A DNA stretch of 64,000 nt from Eledone cirrhosa. Its lineage: Eukaryota. Made by a program: the position numbers and the translations under genes. The notes beneath the pieces were generated by a model. That model had not been told where the DNA came from. It made no database searches and saw only the letters and a program-made list of their open reading frames with translations. Shown piece by piece: positions 29,482 through 42,422 of this stretch. The stretch lies in the NCBI GenBank assembly GCA_964016885.1, contig OZ024744.1, positions 60,016,001 through 60,080,000 on the forward strand, read 5' to 3'. Within the stretch, counting starts at the first letter, position 1. Every line of letters begins with the position of its first letter.

Positions 29482-30759
29482 TATATTATATTATATTATA
29501 TTATATTATATTATATTATATTGGATAAGTCTACTAACAGAGAACATTTCTTTTGTTTTTATTTCGAAAGGAATTGACCTTAAGAACCTGCTATATTTGG
29601 TATTGTCAGGACTGACACTCTGGTATTTAGCACATTGGGTTTGCTCTACAATTTGAACCTGATTCTCCCAGTTATTCATCCAAATACAACAATGTTAAGT
29701 TTGGCAAATTGAGCGAGAAATGTTTTTCCCTTCTTTCTTTGACTATAAGAACATTACTAAGCTTGCATTTTCCACTACTCAGACCACATACACCAACGCC
29801 AAATCATATGACAAGTCATAACACCATATAACCCTTTCTGTCGCAGGAAGCTATTATATATTTAATGTAATTATACAAATTTATATACAAGTATAATCCT
29901 TTAAGGCTCAGTAATGCACCTCTATGGGGTTTGCATTCTAGGTGGCTTCTTAGTTGGCCCAAAGTTAGCGCTGGACCTAAGTAGTCGTTGTCGTCGTCGT
30001 CGCTGATTTCATCATCGTCATTTTCTACTTCGTCTTCATTGTTACAATCGTTACCGTTGTTATCGATGCTGGGGGCCATATGTTTTCGCCGAACCGATAA
30101 ACCGAAATGACTAACTATCTCAGCATGTTAATTGTTCATGTCAGAAACTACTATTGTTGATCTTATTTGTTGTTCTTTTCACATTGATGCTTGCCACTGC
30201 TGCCGTTCTGCAACAGCTGCTACCATGCATTTAGTATTATGTAAACCCCTGCACCTAGTTCTCTCTCTCTCTCTCTCTCAGACATACAGGCCTCTTGTTT
30301 GTGATTTAGTGAGACCCTGGTGAGCGAAAACCCTTTATATGTTCGAGGACCACCCAAGCTAGCTTAAATTAGTCCTGGCTAGAATTAATTATTATCATCT
30401 CATCTTAACTACCGAACACTGTCCCCCATTGAGGTAAAGTGTGAATATATTTATTGAGTGTTGAAGACTGATGCTGTTGTTGAGTATCTGAAACGGCAGA
30501 CGCATATCATTCATAAATGAAATGACACCAAATTTTATGTCATATTTTCTTGGTCCTGGACAAATACTCTTTCTAAAACAATATTTTACCTTTGAACACC
30601 GTTTTCTTTTTATTCCCTCTTCTTACTTCTTTAACCATTTTGTTCGATTAATTTATCTTACTTGTATTTTAAACATAGTCATTCTTCTGCCAAAAGACGA
30701 AAAAAAAAAAACTAGCAAAAAACAACAACAACCAATCCCAGTGTCTGCCATCTATATAT

Positions 30760-31010
30760 AATTTCTATCATCTTGTTCTTTCTACATTCTCTTCATATTT
30801 TCTTACATTTCCTTCATGAGTTTTAGCTATAAGACCAGTCATATCATTAATCCAAGTAGTATCTTCAGAATGAACTTTTAATGTTCACTCTAACAGTTTC
30901 TGTTCGTAAATTTCTCCAGTCTGTTTCCTTTATCCTCATCTAGTTATGTGCCAAGATGCATTTTTTCTATATAAATCTGTATTATTTTCGTCAAGTCATC
31001 GCTAGCACCA
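30760..31010 (-). mobile_element. Highly decayed RTE-like 3' fragment
   Basis: Minus-strand remnants resembling GHITR...GNRLEK...YYLD. Confidence 0.3.
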
Positions 31011-31214
31011 TGGTTGTGTGTATGTGTGTGCGCGTGTATGTGAATATGTGTGTATGTGCGCGCGCGCGCGCGTGTGTGTTAATGCAAAAACTTCTAATTA
31101 CTTAACTTACACGTTGCCCCAGCATGACTGAAGTCTAATAATTGAAATCAGCAAGAGAGCAAAAGAGTATTTCCAAATCTAATGTCACTTTGATTTTGTT
31201 TCTATTATTAATTA

Positions 31215-31960
31215 TTGTTATCGGTAGAGGGTTGGACGCCATGCTTTCTAGCATAGTTACGTCCCTTTACAGTCTGAGTTCAAAACCCGCCGAGCTGAAC
31301 TTTGCCTTTCATCCTTACGGGGTCGATAAAATAAAGTACCAGTAATGTACTGGTTAATTGCTGGTCTTGTGCCAAATGTAGAAACAGTTATTAATTAATA
31401 ATTGTTTCTACTATTGGCACAAGGCCAGCAATTACCCAGTGCATTACTGGTACTTTATTTTATCGACCCCGTAAGGATGAAAGGCAAAGTTAACCTCGGC
31501 GGGATTTGAACTCAGATCGTAAAGGGACGTCACTACGCTGGAAAGCATGTCTGACCCTCTACCGATACTGCCAATTATTAATAATGGTTCTGAGGAAGTA
31601 GATTGTCAAAATTAGTAGACTGTCAGGAAAAATGCCATTGCATTAGAGCGTCGGACAGGCATCGCAGCATTGAGTTACGGTCCTTTATGATCTGAGTTCA
31701 AAACCCGCCGAGGTTAGCTTTGCCTTTTTTCCTTAAGGGGTCGATAAAATAAAGTACCAGTAATGCACTGCGGTAATTGCTGGCCTTGTGCCAAAATTAG
31801 AAACAATTATTTATTCAGGATCTTTACGTTCTGAATTCAAATTCCACCAAGGTCAACTTCGCCTTTCATCCTTCTGGTTTCGACAAAATATAGTGCAAGT
31901 CAAGTAGCAGAGTTGATTTAAGTTAATCAACTTTGCCTTCCCTAAAGACTTACAGCCCTT
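31215..31960. mobile_element. Cluster of four SINEs, including a tail-to-tail inverted pair (31215-31395 +, 31400-31580 -)
   Basis: Same family as 22370. Confidence 0.85.
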
Positions 31961-32964
31961 CTATTATAATATAAAAGAGAGATGTTTGCTTGTTGGTTGA
32001 TTGGTTGGCTGGTGTATTCGCGCATCACACAAAAACAAAAAGTGACAATCGAAATGTAAGTCCACCAATGGAATAACGGATCCAGGAAGGTTTATTGATA
32101 CTAATTTTATAACATCAAAGAAGAAAAAAAAAAGAAACATCCCGGTTATGCTAACCAACACGACTGCTATTTCTAGCAATCTGGGAGAGAACCATAAGGG
32201 ATTCCCTCTGCGTTGTCAACGATATTCGGGTTTCGCGGCCAGTGTCTCCGTGGAATCGAACGCTGGTTTACACACACACGGTGTCACACTAAATCTGTCT
32301 GTTAAGAATACACATGTCAATTGAATAATCAGCCACTTAAATGTTAGTTTTATGAGCATGCAATTCCATTGATGGGACAACAAAATTACTCATTGTCGAA
32401 TCCGCATTCTGTCTCATCTCTGGGTCTTCTTTGTGCTGAATCAAATCTTATTCGTCACACTTTATGATTTCAATAATTACTTTTGTAACTATACTGTCGC
32501 CCATACCCCCAGTATCCGAACGACACTTTCATTCTTGGATCCCAAAAAGGATAAAAGGCAAACTTGACTTGGGAGTTTTTTTAAACCAGCACGAACGTAA
32601 GTAAATATCGCATACTATTTAACTGCCAATCCACCGCCCGCTTTGAACAGCGAACTAAAAGTACCGTTAAATCAAGTAATGATAATTCAAAGCATGAGTT
32701 TTGAAAGAATAGAGAGACAGAAGGTAGGAAAAGAAAAGAAAAGAAAGAAAAGAAAGAAAGAAAGCCATTTAATAAGAAATAGAAAATAAAGAATGAATAT
32801 ATAAATACAAGAAAGAGTTTTTGTATGAATTAAGAAGCTGTATAGAGCTCATGGCCTGAAGATTGTCAGATGAGACATTAAAGATTTTGTTCAGACGATG
32901 CGTTAAGACAGCCAAAACTTTACACACGAAAAATCGATGAGGTGCCACTGTTTTCAGCGGTCCG

Positions 32965-33204
32965 TAGTTGCATACAAAACTGCCTGAAATGGCCTCTGGT
33001 TCTATTATACAAAACTGTTTATTTTAAACTGTTTATTTTCATCTAACAACATTCCTTGTTAATTTTATGCAAGAACCTTTATTAAGTTATGCTCCAAACA
33101 CCAGCTTAATAATGAGAAAGTTAGCTATTTTACTAAATCCATCAAAATTCTTTCAGAATTATAGAGCGTATCTTTCATTAGAAATATAGTAACGAAAGGG
33201 TTAA
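32965..33204. mobile_element. TTAA MITE copy
   Basis: Homologous to 68-305; right end gtaacgaaagggttaa. Confidence 0.45.
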
Positions 33205-33451
33205 TGCACCATAAGTGATGCTCGTGTAATATTTCGTTTGATGTCAGGGGTGGGGAGTTGATGTGAGTAAGGAGTGAAGATGGGTTGCTGGTTGCTTAAA
33301 TACAAGGAATTCCAAAACTGAAACTGGCAAACAAAAAGGCAATTTGGCAGCGGGCTTGTAAAAGAAACAGAATTAGTGGTATATATGAAATAATGATTCC
33401 TGCATTTCTTAAATAACGGAGATATGTATTTCAAATACGTAATTACACTAT

Positions 33452-33552
<101 letters not shown>

Positions 33553-33587
33553 TAAATATATATGTATATATTTATTTATTTATTTAT

Positions 33588-34000
33588 GATGGCTGCAACT
33601 CTATTTCGAGTAATGCTATCGCTTAATACTTAATCAGGAGCAGCACGAACGTGGCTTTTTAGTCCTGCTGGAAACTCGCAGTAGCAGGACGATGACCGGG
33701 CCCAGGCTGCAATGCCCTAGGACCACCTGCCGGGCCAGATCCTTTCACTATCCGTTTCAGAGCCCAGGCCAACCACACCATGCAACATGATAGTTGTCAC
33801 ATTTCAAGTGAAGCTTTTTTGAGTGAGGAAAGGTTTTGCGTGTAGCTAATCCCACTCTCTGAACATCGAATGCATTTATCCAAAACATAGAACTAGTCTA
33901 CATCATTGGATACAAATGAAGTCGCAGGTTTTACATCAGAGTGACCTTCTCCTTGAGAGATGTCTTAACGAAGACTAAGCGTCTCTCACTCCACTGTCCC
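33588..34000 (-). mobile_element. Non-coding retroposon with RTE-5'UTR-like motif
   Basis: Homologous to 41185-41475, 41760-42110, 45180-45780 and 46400-46755. Confidence 0.55.
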
Positions 34001-34010
34001 CCTAAAAATA

Positions 34011-34734
34011 ATTAAGCTGTTTCAAGAATGAGTTATAATATATAGAAGGTTTTTTTAAATTATATATATTTTTTATCACGTTAAACAAATCATTTTCAAA
34101 GTTATCCAACATAACAGGATGAGGTGCACCAAATCCAAAATAATATGGTGGCGTTTTTATATTGTTGTTTATACAAAATCTTCTAACGTACACGTCGGAT
34201 AAATGAATTAATACTATTAATAAAGCATTTCAAATATCTAGATTTTCCAGCGCTGGGATACACTTAAGGGGCATCGTAAGGTAATCCTTGGTTAGCATCT
34301 TAGCCAAAATTATTTATAAGCTCGGCACAAAAGGAGCAGTAATAAAATAGTTTAGATGAGTTGATAACACAGCCATGTTATCAACTCATCTAAACTATTT
34401 TATTACTGCTCCTTTTGTGCCGAGCTTATAAATAATTTTGGCTAAGATGCTAACCAAGGATTACCTTACGATGCCCCTTAAGTGTATCCCAGCGCTGGAA
34501 AATCTAGATATTTGAAATGCTTTATTAATAGTATTAATTCATTTATCCGACGTGTACGTTAGAAGATTTTGTATAAACAACAATATAAAAACGCCACCAT
34601 ATTATTTTGGATTTGGTGCACCTCATCCTGTTATGTTGGATAACTTTGAAAATGATTTGTTTAACGTGATAAAAAATATATATAATTAAAAAAAACATTC
34701 TATATATTATAACTCATTCTTGAAACAGCTTAAT
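34011..34734. repeat. Near-perfect palindrome with 359-bp arms and a 6-nt spacer
   Basis: 34011-34369 is the reverse complement of 34376-34734, with a couple of mismatches near the outer end. Confidence 0.95.
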
Positions 34735-35300
34735 GCTACGATTAACTATTTTAAAAGTATAGGTATATGTTGGTAACACCAAAAATACATACAGTATAGA
34801 CTTAGATTAATATAATTCTTTCATCTACAAAGAAATTAAAAAAAGCTTAATTGAAATCAATAGGCAGAGTAAAGATTTGGTAAAACAATTGAATTTAGAA
34901 AAAATACACTGAACCTTATATTCCTAAACAGCCTAGATTTAATCCTTAAATACATAGACGAACTATTATTGAGTTTGATAGTAACTTTTGGACTAGATAA
35001 AATTGTCCAAAATATTTTGATATTACGATGGGTTCGGAAGTAATTTCCCTAGTATTGAGGGTGGTCTTTATTGGGATGATGCTCTATTAACCTTAAAAAA
35101 TGTTTGTAATTCTACCTTTCAGAGAGATAAAAAAACATAGGTATCAATTTTTTAAAACCTATTGTTATAGTTATAACGAGAGAAAATTATACAAAGGTAG
35201 TTAATTTCTTGAATGTTACACTTGGTTTAAATACTGAACATTTTCTATCATAAACCTGGTGAAATTTTTATAATACGCGCATAAAAATTAGAATCACCCA
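34376..35300 (+). pseudogene. Decayed Penelope-like RT
   Basis: LDNFENDLFNVIKNI, EPYIPKQPR, VNFLNVTLGLNT remnants. Confidence 0.6.
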
Positions 35301-35645
35301 TTTGATTTGATTTTGTGTTTATATAAGTGTATATACGTACCTGTGTATATGTACATATACATATGTGTAGACATGCACGTATATGTATGTATATACGTGT
35401 ATATGTATGTGCGTGTCTGTGTGCGTATGTGCGTGTAAATATGTGTACAGAGTCCTGAATCTTTTCATAATACCCACTCTACTACCCCAAGTATCGAGTA
35501 CTCTGGTAGGTTATGGTCCACCTGGTATCTTACCACACCCTCTCTGATATATATATATATATATATAAGAAAAAAACAGGGGCTGTGCAGTTGCTAGATA
35601 AGGTGTACTTATAAATAAGAGGAAAGCACGTACGGGAGAAAGTTT

Positions 35646-35714
35646 TCCTTCATCAGTTGTCTGCTGGGGATCATGGATATTTCTACGCATTAACGACAAG
35701 ACATCTAACCCCAG
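35646..35714 (-). ncRNA. Second putative non-circularly permuted hammerhead (more decayed)
   Basis: ctgggg..agatg-TC-ttgtc-gttaatgcgta-GAAA-tatcc..ccccag-ca-gacaa-CTGATGA-agg. Confidence 0.5.
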
Positions 35715-35931
35715 TGCGTCAATAACTAAAGGGAGTTATTGGGGGGGAAAGGGAGAGAGAGAAAAAATATATATAGCAGAAGTGAAAGGGGAAGAAAAAG
35801 GAAAAAAAAACAGCGAAAAAGCGGGAACAACAAATCGAGGAGGGAAACCCGAAGCACGTGTGTGAGCAACTCGTAGAGAGAGAAAAAAATGAAAGTGAAC
35901 ATCAACTACTGAACTTATACACACACACACG

Positions 35932-36018
<87 letters not shown>

Positions 36019-36183
36019 TAGAAAGTGAGTTTTTTTTTTCTAAATGAAAAATAACCGAGGTGTCCTACACGAGTGAAAGTATAAGGAAAAAAGATGAAAT
36101 CGAAAATGGAACTGACTCTTTTTTAAAAAAAAAAAGACTCCAGTTGTATTTTCGATTTCATCTTTTTTCCTTATATATATATA

Positions 36184-36259
<76 letters not shown>

Positions 36260-36488
36260 AAGAGTATGGGCTAACCGAACAGAGATGTGCGGATCGCATT
36301 ATGGTCTGTCGGTTATGAAGCAGATAAAAAGAAGCGCTCAACGACCTGTATAAATGGTACAAGATGGAGCATTATATAATACAGGCCGGCTGTCAAAGAA
36401 ATAACACCTCCTGTATCATGAAAAGAAAATCTTTGTTTTCCAAATTTAAAGGTTTCTTAGAAACTTTCAATGTTTATTTTAGGTTTTG

Positions 36489-36546
36489 CCGTCTGAAGAG
36501 CTCGGGCTATCATAACTGATAGTCCTCAGTGAAATATGTATAACGG
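36489..36546 (+). ncRNA. Minimal hammerhead motif
   Basis: ccgt-CTGAAGA-gctcgggctatca-taac-tgatagtcctcagt-GAAA-tatgta-TA-acgg. Confidence 0.7.
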
Positions 36547-36623
36547 AGTTTTAAATAAACCTGAATCAACTGAATATGGCCTCCGATCTCTTATTAATAT
36601 GTGTGTGTGTGTGATGTGATGTG

Positions 36624-36739
<116 letters not shown>

Positions 36740-37234
36740 TAACATCATGAAGAGTCCCAAGGCCACCATGAGAATAAAGCAAAAATCTCCAACGAGCACA
36801 TCTTGCCAATGATGACATATAACAGTGAGACCTGGGCGCTGAATAACACCATGACGAACATACAAGATGGAGCGCATCATGTTGGGTATCGCGCTGCGTG
36901 ACAAGAAGGACACTTGGATCCGACAACAAACTGGAGTCAACGACATAATAACAACCATCAAAACAAACAAACACAGATGGGATGGCTACATCTCCTGACT
37001 CAGTGACAACAGATGGACGATCAGACTGACAGAGTGGAAACCAAGAAAATGGACAAGATCGAAAGGACGTCCAAGGATAAGATGGCGAGACGACCTCACC
37101 AACCACCTGGGACCCTCGTGGCCAAGACTGGCAAGGGACAGAAGTCAGTGGAAGGATTTCAGGGAGGGGCTGAATAGGACTCGTCCAACCCTTGCAAGCA
37201 GGGAAAAGCGGACGTAAAATGATGATGATGATGA
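36740..37234 (+). mobile_element. RTE-clade LINE 3' fragment with (ATG)n tail
   Basis: KMERIMLGIALRDKKDTWIRQQTGV...DNRWT..LTEWKPR...GRPRIRWRDDL. Confidence 0.85.
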
Positions 37235-37504
37235 TATATTTATATATATATATGTATGTATGTATGTGTGTTTGTGTGTGTGTGTGTATGTATGTGTGTG
37301 TGTGTGTGTTTATGCACATGTGTGTGAGTATATAAAAGTTTTTTAATACTAACCTCATTTCACATATTTATAATTTATAGTATCAAAATAACAAAACAAT
37401 GATTTGTTATCGATACTTTATTATACTAACAATTATCATTATCATAATAATGGTTATTATCGTTATTTATATTGATAACCTTACTATGGTTATTATTATC
37501 ATTG

Positions 37505-37715
37505 TGGATTGGCAGTATCGGTAGAGCGTCGGACAAAACGCATTGCAGCATTTAGTTATGGCCCTTTACTTTCTGAGATCAAATCTTGCCGAGGTTAACT
37601 TTGCCTTTCATCCTTACGGGGTAGATAAAATATAGTACCAGTAATACACTGGGACCGATTTAATCGACTTTCCTTTCCCCAAAAATTGCTGGCCTTGAGC
37701 CTAAATCAGAAACCA
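37505..37715 (+). mobile_element. tRNA-derived SINE
   Basis: Family of 22370. Confidence 0.8.
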
Positions 37716-38399
37716 TTATTATCATTATATTTTAATATCACTTTGGGTGTCTTTATTCTGCGGCCGTTACCTCTCCGGTCATTATTATCATTATTGCTGG
37801 CCAACACTCCACAACAAATGGCCAAAGAATCTTACTATAAATAGAATTCCTTTCTTTGTTACTAATTCCAAATTTTTCTCACACGCCTTTAACCCCACAC
37901 CCCACCTCCCTATCCTCATTCTGCTCCACTACCCTACACACGATCCTATACTCCCTCCCATCACCACCATTACCATATATATCTATATATATTGTTGGCA
38001 TATTGCCTAGTGGATATAGATACTAACTCGATCCTATTTGTGTGTATATTAAAACTTAGCAAGAACCGGGCAATCGAAAATGTCTGCAGTTCCCGCTAGG
38101 ATCCCTTTTTATTATTTTATTCTAATAATTGTTAATGGCCAGTCAATGCTCTTGCTCAGATAAAATAAGTCCTTTCGTTTCTAATTTTAGTCTAAAAAAT
38201 GTTTCCTTTACTTCTCTCTCGCGTCTTACAAGGTATTGGCTGTCGAGTGTTTTTTTCGCTCCGTTTCTCTTTAGTATATTTTGTAAGTTCGTTTTCATGT
38301 ATTTTTAGGCATATTAGTTGTGTTATCTAAATCTATTGTATCGATGTAGTTCGTGTATGTCTTGTACTTTATTGTTTCCTTATATATATAGAGAAAAGT

Positions 38400-39443
38400 T
38401 TTTTCGTTTTTTTCCTGTTTAAAAGATGGTACGTTCACAGACATTCTATAAAGAACCGTAGACTAATGAACACAAGAACGCTCGCCAATAAAACCTGGCA
38501 GTTTAAGGATACAAACCAAGAATACGGGATGAGATGGTTGAAATTGTCGGGGGCAAAGGCCTACAAAAATGGAATGTCCTACTGCGGACTTTGCAATATG
38601 GAGTTCCATATTTTAAAGTATGACAAAATGCTGCTTAACAGCAAAATAGAACGGTCAATTTTCTGTAGATATAAAGCAGCTACTAAATTCGCAAATTTCA
38701 AACCAACATGATTCGATCCAACAATCCCATAATTCAAACTGAAGCACTTAGAGTCAATTATAATAACCCATTATTATTAACTGTCAATAGATCAACTAAT
38801 CCCTGAATCAACATCACAACCTCCTAGCCTTTCTTTCTTTCACTCTCTTTCTCTAAAACTATTTCATCTCTTCCATTATATCCTATCATGTTCTCTTTAC
38901 CTATCACATAACTTCCAATTTATTCATTTATCCTTTATTTATCACTGTATTATTTCTGCCTAATATAACCCTCTGTAATTTAACCAATACATATGTATAT
39001 ATTTAATATTTTCAGATTTATACCATCACATCTTTATACTTACACACCACTATAACTTTAACCACCACCACAACTATTTTCAACAATCATATATATTTTT
39101 TTACTTATTTTTTCTCTACTTCATTCTAACTTATTTATTATTACTTATTTATTATTTTTCCATTTTTTCTTTTTCTCTCTCTCTTTTTCTTTTTTCTTTT
39201 TTCTTTTTTCTTTTTCTTTCTTTATTACTGACGTTGTTATTTGAATTTTCCTAGTATATTACAAACACCGTGTGTAATTTTAATCAGTTATTCCGATGAT
39301 TTGATTAGGCATACATGTATTTAAAATTGAGTGACACAACTTCAAGTGATTAGCAATTTTTAGACACCCTAACTAATGAAACAATTGTTAATACTGTAAA
39401 TAAAACCCTTTTTGTACTGTTGACCATGTAATTCTTCACTCTT

Positions 39444-39450
<7 letters not shown>
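38400..39450 (+). mobile_element. Penelope-like 3' end (post-GIY-YIG C-terminus) with hammerhead remnant at ~39285-39396
   Basis: AKAYKNG...CGLCNME..ILK..LLNSKIE...CR; cagttatt-CCGATGA...GAAA-caattg-TT-aatactg. Confidence 0.65.
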
Positions 39451-39492
<42 letters not shown>

Positions 39493-39632
39493 GGTAACAA
39501 GTTATCGTTATAGGTAAACCAGTTAGAGGTTGTGAGTACTCTCCGTCGTGGATAGTTTTAACGTACGGCTGTCAATACCTGAAATAAAGCCCCTTGTTGT
39601 ACAGCCAACCATGTTACTCTTCATTCTTTCAT

Positions 39633-39664
<32 letters not shown>

Positions 39665-39692
39665 AAGAATGAAGAGTAACATGGTTGGCTGT

Positions 39693-39776
<84 letters not shown>

Positions 39777-40254
39777 ATGGATGCAGTAAAAACCAGTTAG
39801 ATCATTACTCACCAGAGTACTCAATACTTGGGGTAGTAGAGTATGTAATATGAAAATTCGCGACCCCGATGGCTGAGCTCCTGCCGTTTCAACAGCCTGA
39901 TCCGAATTAGCTGTTGAAACGGTAGGAACTCAGCCGTCGGGGTCCCAAACTTGTCATATATATATATATCGTCTTTGGATAAGTTCTAATACAGTACAAA
40001 ATTACTTTTAACTAGCTCTCACATCCAGACAGATATAAAGGTATTTTGTACTGTATGGGGATTTGTTCAAAGACCATTCCTCTGATGATTAGTTTCGCGT
40101 CTTCCGTAGTTTTACCACAATCGAAAGTTGGTAATCCATAATCGATTACCTAGATCCATTTTTGCTTCGGTTTACGAACTATGTATCTATACCAGAATGA
40201 AAATAATGACTTTTTCACCTTAAAGCATGTACTTTTTTTCCTAAATATGTACAT

Positions 40255-40440
40255 TATTGGCAGTATCGGTAGAGAATCGGACACCATGCTTTGCAGCATA
40301 GAGTTACGCCCCTTTATGGTCTGAGTTCAAATTCCGTCGAGGTTAACTTTGCCTTTGATCTTTACGGGGTCGATAAAATAAAGCACCTGTAATACACTGG
40401 GATAATTGCTGGCCTTGTGCCAAAAGAAGAAACAATTATA
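40255..40440 (+). mobile_element. tRNA-derived SINE
   Basis: Family of 22370. Confidence 0.8.
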
Positions 40441-40543
40441 GATATATATGTACAAAATACTATGTATTTCTCTAATTATACATGGCTCTTTCTCTCTCTA
40501 TATATACATATATCTTTTAATTTGAATTATATACATATATGTA

Positions 40544-40596
<53 letters not shown>

Positions 40597-41184
40597 AATG
40601 CGGAATTTAGATCGATATAATATATATATAGCAGTGCAATTGACCTTCTGCAATGGTATTCCATTTCTTACATCATCTGTCAGTATTTACTGTATAACAT
40701 ACCGTTGCCTATCTCTGCACTTCAATAACTTCTCTCTCTCTCTCTCTCTCTCTCTACCCCCTCTCTACCCCCTCTCTCTCCATATCGCCTCTCTGAACCC
40801 CCTCTGTCTCTACCTCCCCTCTCTCTCCATATCTCCTCTCTCTCTCTCTCTTTCCCTCTCACTTTCTCTCTCTCTCTCTCTGCTATATATATATGTGTGT
40901 GTGCGTATGTGTGTATGTCTGTGTGTGTCTGTGTGCGTGTGTGTTTGTGTCTCTGTGTGTGTCCGTGTGTCCGTGTGTGTGTGTGTGTGTATTTATATTT
41001 TGATATTAGTAGAGCCTCCATCGTTGTTCGAGGAACACACTAATATATATATATGTTCACACTAACTCACTAATTTCCAAATATCTGGAACTGTTTTGAC
41101 TTATACAAAAAATCATGTCACTCTATTAGTGACTGGTTTCAATTCTGAAATATATCGAAATAAAAAAAACATTACTTGCATATG

Positions 41185-42420
41185 TGATGGCTGCAACTCG
41201 ATTTCATGTATGCCATCGCTTGATACTTAAGCATAAGCATCATGGACGTGGCTTTTTTAGTCCTGCTAGGGACTTGCCTATGGCCAGTAATACCATGTAT
41301 CGCAAAAAATGTCACATATCAAGCGAGTGAGGAAAAGCTCTGAACATTAAATGCATTTACCCAAAAAGTAGAACTGGTCTACATGATTGGATGCAAACGA
41401 AGTTGCAGGTTTTATATCAGACTGACCTTCTCCTAAAGAGATGTCTTAATGAAAACTAGGAATCTCTTACTCCACACACAAAAAAAGAAATACTTTCCTC
41501 TGCCCTTTGACGAGTTTTGTTTTTCATCCCTCAAAGTTTCCAAAATCACCCTCCTCACCAATCAAGCTTGATGGGTTTGCCGGTTTAGTTGCAGACGACC
41601 TGACCATGTACAGATTGTACTGGGTTACATGTCACCAGTAGCGCCGAAGAGCGACCTTACATACATACATACATTAATTCGAGTGATCTTACATACACGC
41701 ATACATACATAGATTCGAGCGACCCGACATATATGCTTACATACATACTAGATACATACTGACGGCTGCCCCCTCGTTATCGAGTATGGCCATTGCACGA
41801 TATACCATAATTAATAATAATTAATTAATTCTATTGTGCAATGCCTGTGCGTGAAGATATTTTTTAAAGTGAGGAAAGACTGTGCACTGAGCCAATCCCA
41901 CTCTCTGAGCGACAGTAGCTATAACTCGAAAAGAAGAAAAGATCAACATCATTGGTAACTACTGAGCCGCAGGTTTATATCGGAGTTATCTCAGTTTCCT
42001 GAGTTGCCTTCTAGAAGAATGCCGTGACGAAGGCTAGGGGTCCTTCACTCCCAGTGGTTTAACCGTGCCATCGGGTGTCCAGCCCGACTATTTCTATGTC
42101 CCTGCGCATACATATGTACATGTGTATATACATATTTACACACTTTTAGATGGCCGTTGACTCTTATGAGTTCTTCCGCCCTTTGTCAGGTTTTGTTTTT
42201 TGTCCTGCAGGGTGTCCAAAATCACCCTCCTCACCAAGTAAACTTGGTGGGATTGCCGGTTTAGTCGCCGACGACCCGACCATACGACAGGTTGTACTGG
42301 GTTACATGTTACCAGTAGCACTCAAGAGTGACCCGACATATATACATACATACATATATAAATACATACATACATGATGGCAGCTACCTCGCGTTCGAGT
42401 ATAGCCGTCGCTTGGATTTT
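41185..42420 (-). mobile_element. Cluster of non-coding RTE-related retroposon fragments between (ACAT)n tracts
   Basis: Repeated blocks: ...gctactggtaacatgtaacccagtac...gaggagggtgattttgg and ctagaaggcaactc...gagagtgggattggc. Confidence 0.6.
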
Positions 42421-42422
42421 TT

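Noticed and set aside
29816-30079. Acidic 87-aa ORF
   Set aside because: Decayed GAT/GAC repeat joined to a repeat-like end; no gene context
40075-40160. CTGATGA...GAAA hammerhead candidate (similar weak cases near 16290, 20400, 21410)
   Set aside because: Helices out of register or core incomplete; at best decayed remnants
42220-42340. Twister or HDV-like ribozyme near gaggagggtg
   Set aside because: The twister gucccaagcccgg loop is absent and no nested double pseudoknot could be fitted by eye
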